Assembly: GCA_965219445.1 (NCBI GenBank)
Contig: CBDCNQ010000004.1
Location: 832,001 to 896,000, forward strand
Direction: 5' to 3'
DNA length: 64,000 nt
Source: Longimicrobiales bacterium
Lineage (GTDB): Bacteria; Gemmatimonadota; Gemmatimonadetes; Longimicrobiales; Gaopeijiaceae
Both the position numbers and the translations under genes were made by a program. The notes below the pieces were generated by a model. That model saw nothing but the letters and a program-made list of their open reading frames with translations. It was not told the DNA's origin and did not search any database. Below, in pieces: positions 57,020-64,000 of this stretch (within the stretch, counting starts at the first letter, position 1; every line of letters starts with the position of its first letter).

Positions 57020-58893
57020 CCGACCCCCTCGAGGCCTACGCGCACCGGGAGGCCGAGGCGTCTCGGTCGGCCGACTTCTGGCGGACCCGCTTCGACAGCC
57101 TGGCCAACCTGAGGATGGGCGTGATCCTGGCCTTGGTCGCGGTGGGCATCGTGTACGTCACCGCCCCGGACGCCCGGATGTTTCTCATCGCGCTCGCCCT
57201 GGCGCTCTTCGTGATCTTCATGGTGCTGGTGGTGAAGCATTCACGTATCCGCCACCAGGAGATCTGGTACCGGGAATTGGCCCAGGTGGCGCTCGAGGCG
57301 GGGCATCGGCGGCTACGCCGCTGGGAGGAGTTTTCCGACCCCGGCCCTGAGCCGCCGCCTGACCATCCGTACGCGGACGACCTCGACGTGTTCGGTCACG
57401 CGTCACTACACGTGCTCTTGGCAACCACGAGCACGCGCCCCGGAGCCGACATGCTCACGGATTGGCTCCTGGCCCCTGCCCCTCCAGAGATCGTAAGCCG
57501 GCGCCAGAATGCCGTGCGGGAGTTGGCGCCGGCGATCGAGTTCCGAGACGACCTTCAGGCCTTGGGCCGCATCGCAGGACCCGTCGAGCCCAAGCAGCTC
57601 CGACTGCTCCTGGAGTGGGCCGAAAGCCCCGTATGGCTATTGCCGAAGTGGGGCCTGAGATGGCTAAGCGTTGTGCTGCCGATGGTTCTGATCGCTACGG
57701 CGAGCCTCCACATCTTCGCCGGCATGCCGTATCTGTGGATCGTCCCCGTCGCATTCGCAATGGGTGTCGCCAGGCGCTACACCCCACGCATTCACGACGA
57801 CTTCACACGAACCTCCAGCGGGGAGTCGGGCCTCCGACGATATCATACCCTCGTGGCGCACATCGCGAACGGACGATTCGAGGATCCACTCCTGGCCGAG
57901 CTTCGTGAGGGTCTCATCCGGAGTGGCGACACCCCGGCCGAGTCCGAGACGCCGGCTCAGTCTGAAGCCCCGGCTGAGGCTCTGGCGCGCCTCTTTCGGC
58001 TCGTGGAGCTGTCCAACGTCCGATACAACGGACAGGTCCACTACCCCTTGAACATCGCGACCCTATGGGACGTCCACGTGCTCGTGAGGCTGGAGCGTTG
58101 GAAGCAACGGCACGGGGGGGCGGTTCGCGGTTGGATGGCGGCCCTGGGCCGGGCCGATGCGCTCTCGGCCTTCGCCGGACTCGCGCACGCACACCCCGAC
58201 TGGGCCTTTCCGGAGATCAAGGATGGCCAGGCCGACGAACCGCCTCGATTGGAGGCTCTGGCGCTCGGGCATCCTCTTCTCTCCCCGGAGAGCGTGGTAC
58301 GCAATGACGTCGGCCTTGGACCCCCGGGCGGGTTACTGCTCGTCACCGGCTCCAACATGTCCGGCAAGAGCACGCTACTCAGGGCCATTGGCGCCAACGT
58401 TATCCTCGCTGGCGCGGGTGGGCCCGTCTGCGCCGAGGCGATGGCCCTCCCCGTCGCGGATCTCCGTACGAGCATGCGTATCCGCGACTCACTCGAGGAA
58501 GGGATCTCCTACTTCATGGCCGAGCTCCAGCGCCTCAAGGCCGTGTGCGATGCCGCAAGCGCGGCCCGGGGACGGCCCGTCCTCTACCTCCTCGACGAAT
58601 TGCTCCTGGGCACGAACACCGCCGAGCGGCAGATCGCGGCCCGCCGCATCCTACATCACCTCCTGGATCAAAACGCCATCGGTGCGGTGACGACCCATGA
58701 CCTCACACTGGCTGACGCGGAGGATCTCAAGGACCACACCGTGCTCGTACACTTCCGTGAGTCCCTGGACACCCGTGAGGATGGCCCGCCCATCACGTTC
58801 GACTACCGACTTCGCCCCGGACTCGCGACCTCGACGAACGCGCTTCGGCTCATGGAGATCATGGGGCTCGCGGCGCCGGAGAATGAGGGCTGA
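57016..58893 (+). CDS. Membrane-anchored MutS-related ATPase (domain V type)
   Basis: N-terminal TMs; TGSNMSGKST, SYFMAEL, LDE..GTN, TTHD. Confidence 0.88.
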   Translation: MTDPLEAYAHREAEASRSADFWRTRFDSLANLRMGVILALVAVGIVYVTAPDARMFLIALALALFVIFMVLVVKHSRIRHQEIWYRELAQVALEAGHRRLRRWEEFSDPGPEPPPDHPYADDLDVFGHASLHVLLATTSTRPGADMLTDWLLAPAPPEIVSRRQNAVRELAPAIEFRDDLQALGRIAGPVEPKQLRLLLEWAESPVWLLPKWGLRWLSVVLPMVLIATASLHIFAGMPYLWIVPVAFAMGVARRYTPRIHDDFTRTSSGESGLRRYHTLVAHIANGRFEDPLLAELREGLIRSGDTPAESETPAQSEAPAEALARLFRLVELSNVRYNGQVHYPLNIATLWDVHVLVRLERWKQRHGGAVRGWMAALGRADALSAFAGLAHAHPDWAFPEIKDGQADEPPRLEALALGHPLLSPESVVRNDVGLGPPGGLLLVTGSNMSGKSTLLRAIGANVILAGAGGPVCAEAMALPVADLRTSMRIRDSLEEGISYFMAELQRLKAVCDAASAARGRPVLYLLDELLLGTNTAERQIAARRILHHLLDQNAIGAVTTHDLTLADAEDLKDHTVLVHFRESLDTREDGPPITFDYRLRPGLATSTNALRLMEIMGLAAPENEG

Positions 58894-58947
58894 GCGGGTC
58901 AACGGGGCGAGCTAGTCGCCTTGTCGCTTCGCCGGTAAGTATTGGGC

Positions 58948-58976
58948 GTGACAAGCTGCATTCCCCGCCATACTTT
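58948..58976 (+). promoter_or_regulatory. Candidate sigma70 promoter for the FAH gene
   Basis: GTGACA-17 nt-TACTTT. Confidence 0.5.
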
Positions 58977-59093
58977 CTGAGCACGCGGGTTCCGTTGGTC
59001 GGTTGAACCGCCTGCCCCTGTCCCCGGGTAGGCACCGCGTTGACGGGGAGCGCACCAGTCATTGGATTCACGTGGTTTCACCGGAGCAGGACT

Positions 59094-60245
59094 ATGCAAC
59101 GCATCACAAGACTAACTTTGGCTCTCTCGACGGTTGTAGCTCTCGCGAGCCCCGCCCTTGTCAATGCCCAGGCGATGTCCTCAGCCGAGCCATTCAAGGT
59201 CGGGACCTTCGAGATTGACGGCGCGCGGACGGTAGGGGTCGTCCTCAGAGACGCTCTGATCATCGACATCGCGGCGGCGAACACGGCGCTCGAGGTCGAT
59301 CCGATGTACGCACACGTCAACGCGCCGGCGGACATGCTCGAGCTGATCGGGCAGTACGAGTACGGTCTCAAGTACCGGATCTACGAGATCGTCAACAACG
59401 TGGTGGGCAACAACCTGCTTGGAGCAGACTACGTTCACCGTGTCGAGGACGTGGACATCCTTCCTCCGATCATGTATCCCAGCAAGGTCATGAACGCTGC
59501 AGTCAACTTCTACTCGCACGCGTGTGAAGGCTGCACCGAGGAGGAGCTGGCGGCGAGGACCCGGGAGCGGCAGGAGAATCGGGGGGTGCCGTACCTGTTC
59601 CTCAAGCCGACCCGCGGCGCGGTCATTGGCAGCGGCGATGACATTGTGATGCCGTATGGCCGTGACCGGATCGAATGGGAAGTCGAGATGGCTATCGTAT
59701 TCGGCCGCGCGGGCAAGTACATCTCTGCGAGGCGCGCTTACGACCACGTGTTCGGCTACATGGTCGCCATGGATATATCCGATCGTGGCGGGCGTCCTCC
59801 GGGTGGCTACGGCTCCGGTCAGGACTGGTTCGTCGGTAAGGGCCATGACACGTTCGCGCCCCAGGGGCCGTGGATTGTTCCAAAGGAGTTCTACGGCGAT
59901 CCGATGCAGCGCCTGCACCAGAGCCTGGTCATCGACGGCGTGACCGTCCAGGAGGCCAGGGCGGGGGACATGATCCACAATATCCCGGAGCTAATCGAGT
60001 ACGCATCGTCGCTCATCACCGTATTTCCCGGTGACGTTCTGCAAAGCGGGACGTCGGGCGGAACGGGCGCTGGCCGCGTCGAGCGCGAGACAGGCTCGGG
60101 GTACCTTCAGGCTGGTGAGACGATCCAAGCCACCATCGAGGGTATCGGGACGCTAAGGCACACCGTCCTCGCTGAGGACCGCGTTCCGGACGATCTGTCC
60201 GGCGCACAACTGCCTCCAACTAGGACGTACCGCCCGGGCAACTGA
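59094..60245 (+). CDS. Fumarylacetoacetate hydrolase family protein with signal peptide
   Basis: PYLFLK, EWEVEM, DISDR, GKGHDTFAP, PGDV..GT. Confidence 0.88.
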   Translation: MQRITRLTLALSTVVALASPALVNAQAMSSAEPFKVGTFEIDGARTVGVVLRDALIIDIAAANTALEVDPMYAHVNAPADMLELIGQYEYGLKYRIYEIVNNVVGNNLLGADYVHRVEDVDILPPIMYPSKVMNAAVNFYSHACEGCTEEELAARTRERQENRGVPYLFLKPTRGAVIGSGDDIVMPYGRDRIEWEVEMAIVFGRAGKYISARRAYDHVFGYMVAMDISDRGGRPPGGYGSGQDWFVGKGHDTFAPQGPWIVPKEFYGDPMQRLHQSLVIDGVTVQEARAGDMIHNIPELIEYASSLITVFPGDVLQSGTSGGTGAGRVERETGSGYLQAGETIQATIEGIGTLRHTVLAEDRVPDDLSGAQLPPTRTYRPGN

Positions 60246-60277
60246 GGGCTTGGGCCCAGCGAAGGCCATCAGGACAA

Positions 60278-60317
60278 AGCGCCGGCCGGGATATCCCCGG
60301 CCGGCGCTCTTCTGTTT
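60278..60317 (+). terminator. Terminator hairpin
   Basis: 13-bp stem AGCGCCGGCCGGG/CCCGGCCGGCGCT followed by CTTCTGTTT. Confidence 0.7.
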
Positions 60318-60450
60318 CAGCGACCCTCGTTCCACGCGTTGTAATGCCCCTGCCCCCTTTGTAGGTTAGGGGCAAAATTCTCCGGGGTGGACTTTCTTGC
60401 GCTTTCTACGGCATGGCCCTCTCTCAGGCGCACGCCTCCTTCAGATATAG

Positions 60451-63030
60451 ATGAGCAGCGACGGAACCGGCGGTTACAACCCGTCTGAAGTAGAGGCTAA
60501 GTGGCAGCGCCGATGGGAGGAGCTGGGCACCAACGCCTTCACCGGTGACGCCCTCCAGACCGCCGAAGACCGCTACTACCAGTTGATGATGTTTCCCTAC
60601 CCCTCCGCCGAGGGACTGCACGTGGGCAACATCTATGCGTTCACCGGCGCGGACGTTCACGGACGCTTCCACCGCCTCACCGGTAAGCGGGTCTTCGAGC
60701 CGATCGGCTTCGATGCGTTCGGCATCCATTCCGAGAACTTCGCGCTGAAGCAGGGCGTTCACCCGATGGATCTCATCCCGTCGAACGTCGCCAACTTCAC
60801 CAGGCAGCTGCGGCGTATCGGTGGGATGTTCGACTGGAACCATTCGGTCGACACGACGGACCCTGACTACTACCGCTGGACGCAGTGGATCTTCATTCAG
60901 CTGTTCAACGCGGGGCTGGCCGTGCACAAGGAAGCCCCGGTCAACTGGTGCCCCTCGTGCATGACGGTCCTGGCGAACGAGCAGGTGATCTCCGGACTTT
61001 GCGAGCGATGCAATACACCCGTCGAACAGCGGCGCATCGCGCAGTGGTTCTTCCGGATCACGGAATACGCGCAGCGGTTGCTCGACAATCTCGAGGTGCT
61101 CGACTGGTCGGAGACCACGAAGAAGGCACAGCACAACTGGATCGGTCGAAGAGAGGGGGCCATCCTGCGCTTCCCGATTCTGACTCCGGAGCAAGTGGAC
61201 GACGGGGATCCCCCGACCTTGGTTCTGGACCGAGGAGCCGGAGGGCCCGATCCCGAGGTGGTCGGACCTGGGATCGATGTCTTCACTACCCGCCCCGACA
61301 CGGTCTTCGGGGCGACCTACATGGTGCTCTCGCCCGAGCACCCGCTGGTGGACGAAGTTACCGGTCGGGAGCAGGCGGAAGCCGTCGCGGCATACCGAGA
61401 GCAAGCGGCCGCCAAGGATCTCGTGACTCGCCAGAAGGTCGAGAAGACCAAGACGGGCGTGCCAACGGGAGAGCATTGTCTAAATCCGGCCACCGGGCAG
61501 CCGATTCCCATCTGGGTAGCCGACTACGTGCTCATGGAATACGGAACCGGGGCCATCATGGCGGTTCCCGGTCACGACGAGCGTGACTTCGACTTCGCCG
61601 AGGCCATGGGTCTGCCCATCGTGCGCGTGGTGGCGGGCGACGGTGCCGGCGCGGACACGCCCCTCTCCGAGGCGTACGTGGGCGATGGCGTGATGGTCAA
61701 TTCCGGGCGTTTCGACGGAATGGCCGTCGCCGACGCCAAGCCGGCTATCGCGGCATGGTTGGCCGAAAGCGGAAGCGGCGAGACCCGGGTGAACTACCGC
61801 CTGCACGACTGGTGCATCTCGCGGCAACGCTACTGGGGTCCGCCCATTCCGATCATCCACTGTGAAGCGTGCGGACCGGTGGCGGTGCCCGAGGACGATC
61901 TGCCGGTGGTATTGCCGAGGGTCGAGGACTTCAAGCCGGACGATTCCGGCGTGAGCCCACTTGCACGCGTCGAGGAGTGGTACCGGATCGACTGTCCGCA
62001 GTGCGGAGCCCCGGCCCGCAGAGAGACCGACGTCTCGGACACGTTCTTGGACAGCTCCTGGTATTTCCTGCGCTACCCGTCGACGGAACGGGCCGACGTG
62101 CCGTTCGATGGCGAGCTGATGCGCCGGTGGCTGCCCGTCGACTGTTACATCGGCGGAAACGAACACGCCGTCCTGCATCTCCTCTACGCACGCTTCATCA
62201 CGATGGCCCTCCATGACCTGGGCCACCTCGAATTCGATGAGCCGTTCACCCGCTTCCGCGCCCACGGCATGATCATCCGAGAGGGCGCGAAGATGTCCAA
62301 GAGCAGGGGAAACGTGATCATCCCGGACGAGATCATCGAACGATGTGGAGCCGACACGTTCCGCACCTACCTCATGTTTCTGGGTCCGTATGAAGAGGGC
62401 GGCGACTATCAGGACGAGGGTATCCAAGGACCCCATGGATTCCTGCATCGCGTGTATGAGACGGTCGCCACCGCGGTGGAGCGCGACGCGGCTTCCGACC
62501 ACAACGGGGGCGCCGAGAGCAACGGAGAGCCCGATAAAGGCGCCGCGTCCGACCCGGACGTCGAGCGAAAGCTCCACCAGACCATTCGCCAGGTTACCCA
62601 CCAGATGCCCGAGCTCGGGTTCAACACATCCGTCGCCGCCATGATGGAGTACCTGAACGCCGTTCGCGCGGGCGGCCGCACGGCCACGCCAAGCGAGATC
62701 GAGCCCCTTGTGGTCATGATCGCGCCCTTTGCTCCCCACATGGCCGAAGAGCTTTGGGCACACCTGGGCCACGACGGCAGCATTTTCGACGGGGCCAACT
62801 GGCCTGCGTTCGACGAGACCAAGACGCGTGAGGCGTCCGTGAGGCTGGCCGTCCAGGTGAACGGGAAGCTCCGTGCCACCGTCGAGGGACCGGCCGGGAT
62901 GGATCAGGACGCGGCCGAGGCCGTCGCACGATCCGATGAAAACGTCGCACGCTACCTCGACGGGGCCACGCTGAAGCGCGTCGTCTACGTACGGAACAGA
63001 CTCCTCAACTTCGTAGTGGAGCAAGCCTGA
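60451..63030 (+). CDS. leuS: Leucine--tRNA ligase
   Basis: MFPYPS, HVGN (HIGH), [30 protein letters not shown]. Confidence 0.97.
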   Translation: MSSDGTGGYNPSEVEAKWQRRWEELGTNAFTGDALQTAEDRYYQLMMFPYPSAEGLHVGNIYAFTGADVHGRFHRLTGKRVFEPIGFDAFGIHSENFALKQGVHPMDLIPSNVANFTRQLRRIGGMFDWNHSVDTTDPDYYRWTQWIFIQLFNAGLAVHKEAPVNWCPSCMTVLANEQVISGLCERCNTPVEQRRIAQWFFRITEYAQRLLDNLEVLDWSETTKKAQHNWIGRREGAILRFPILTPEQVDDGDPPTLVLDRGAGGPDPEVVGPGIDVFTTRPDTVFGATYMVLSPEHPLVDEVTGREQAEAVAAYREQAAAKDLVTRQKVEKTKTGVPTGEHCLNPATGQPIPIWVADYVLMEYGTGAIMAVPGHDERDFDFAEAMGLPIVRVVAGDGAGADTPLSEAYVGDGVMVNSGRFDGMAVADAKPAIAAWLAESGSGETRVNYRLHDWCISRQRYWGPPIPIIHCEACGPVAVPEDDLPVVLPRVEDFKPDDSGVSPLARVEEWYRIDCPQCGAPARRETDVSDTFLDSSWYFLRYPSTERADVPFDGELMRRWLPVDCYIGGNEHAVLHLLYARFITMALHDLGHLEFDEPFTRFRAHGMIIREGAKMSKSRGNVIIPDEIIERCGADTFRTYLMFLGPYEEGGDYQDEGIQGPHGFLHRVYETVATAVERDAASDHNGGAESNGEPDKGAASDPDVERKLHQTIRQVTHQMPELGFNTSVAAMMEYLNAVRAGGRTATPSEIEPLVVMIAPFAPHMAEELWAHLGHDGSIFDGANWPAFDETKTREASVRLAVQVNGKLRATVEGPAGMDQDAAEAVARSDENVARYLDGATLKRVVYVRNRLLNFVVEQA

Positions 63031-64000
63031 TGCCCGAGTCCCCCACCGGCCTCTCGCCCGAGCTCGACCGCCTCTGTATCGACGCGGTCCGCGTGCTCGC
63101 GATGGACGCCGTCCAGAGGGCCAACTCAGGCCATCCGGGCACGCCGATGGCACTCGCCCCGATCGGGTATCTGCTCTGGACGCAGCACCTACGGCACAAC
63201 CCCGCGGACCCGGCCTGGGCCGACAGGGACCGCTTCGTGCTGTCGGTGGGCCATGCATCCATGCTCATCTATTCGCTCCTTCACCTGACCGGCTACGACC
63301 TCTCGATGAGGGAGATCACGAATTTCCGGCAGTGGGGATCGCTCACACCGGGGCATCCCGAGCGGGGGCACACCCCCGGCGTCGAGACCACCACCGGGCC
63401 GCTCGGCCAGGGCGTCGCGAACTCGGTGGGAATGGCGCTCGCCGAGCGCTGGCTCGCCGAGCGATTCAACCGGCCCGGCCACGAGGTGGTGGACCACTAC
63501 ACGTATGCGTTCTGCTCGGACGGAGATCTCATGGAGGGCATATCCCACGAGGTGGCCGCAATGGCAGGGCACCAGAGGCTCGGCAAGCTCATCTGGATCT
63601 TCGACGACAACCGCGTCACGATCGAGGGCTCCACCGACCTGAGTACGGCCACCGACCAGGCCGGTCGCTTCGGCGGGTATCATTGGCACGTTCAGCACGT
63701 CGCCGATGGCACCGATCTCGTCGCGCTCGACGATGCGCTCACCACGGCCCGCGCCACGGCCGATCGCCCCTCGCTGATCGTCACGAAGACCCGGATCGCC
63801 GAGGGCAGCCCCAACCGGGTGGGCCATCACGCGACCCACGGGGCCCCGCTCGGAGACGACGAAATCTCCGCGACGAAAACCAACCTCGCTTACCCCTCCG
63901 ACGAGCCATTCCACGTCGACCCGGACGGGCTGGCTGCTTGGCGGGCCACCGGGGACCGTGGTGGCGCACTCCAAGCCGACTGGAGCACGCGCTTCGAGGC
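63030..64000 (+). CDS. tkt: Transketolase (runs off the window end)
   Basis: My translation: [51 protein letters not shown] overlaps the leuS stop. Confidence 0.95.
   Translation, partial: MPESPTGLSPELDRLCIDAVRVLAMDAVQRANSGHPGTPMALAPIGYLLWTQHLRHNPADPAWADRDRFVLSVGHASMLIYSLLHLTGYDLSMREITNFRQWGSLTPGHPERGHTPGVETTTGPLGQGVANSVGMALAERWLAERFNRPGHEVVDHYTYAFCSDGDLMEGISHEVAAMAGHQRLGKLIWIFDDNRVTIEGSTDLSTATDQAGRFGGYHWHVQHVADGTDLVALDDALTTARATADRPSLIVTKTRIAEGSPNRVGHHATHGAPLGDDEISATKTNLAYPSDEPFHVDPDGLAAWRATGDRGGALQADWSTRFE

Noticed and set aside
61480..63258. Long alternative-frame ORFs (also 12606-13580, 25782-27047, 7160-8410, 1379-2299)
   Set aside because: These are shadow ORFs over well-supported genes, expected at high GC, and have no recognisable motifs.

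Overview
GC-rich bacterial chromosomal window. The gene complement (Ser/Thr kinase-TolB propeller paralogues, HEAT/HD-GYP pair, waaA) suggests Gemmatimonadota, which is an inference. Bases 129-2028 hold a full-length class IIC group II intron with an RT/maturase. Bases 2.1-21 kb are accessory signalling, lipid-modifying and periplasmic catabolic genes: a HEAT + HD-GYP pair, CarF-like plus sterol-desaturase-family genes, two serine hydrolases, a PQQ dehydrogenase, a D-aminoacylase, and a beta-propeller/diheme cytochrome/leuC-remnant/leuD-like unit. Bases 21.3-27.5 kb form a decayed 6.2 kb island in tRNA-Asn(GTT) that duplicates the 5' half of the tRNA rather than the 3' end. It has candidate arm sites, back-to-back integrase and XRE remnants, and two tandem receptor-like kinases, one frameshifted at a C8 run. 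Bases 27.7-64 kb are mostly housekeeping (accA, ricT, metG, fadJ-like, mocA/xdhC, gyrA, uvrA, waaA, leuS, tkt). All calls rest on reading the sequence and recognising motifs; no searches were run.
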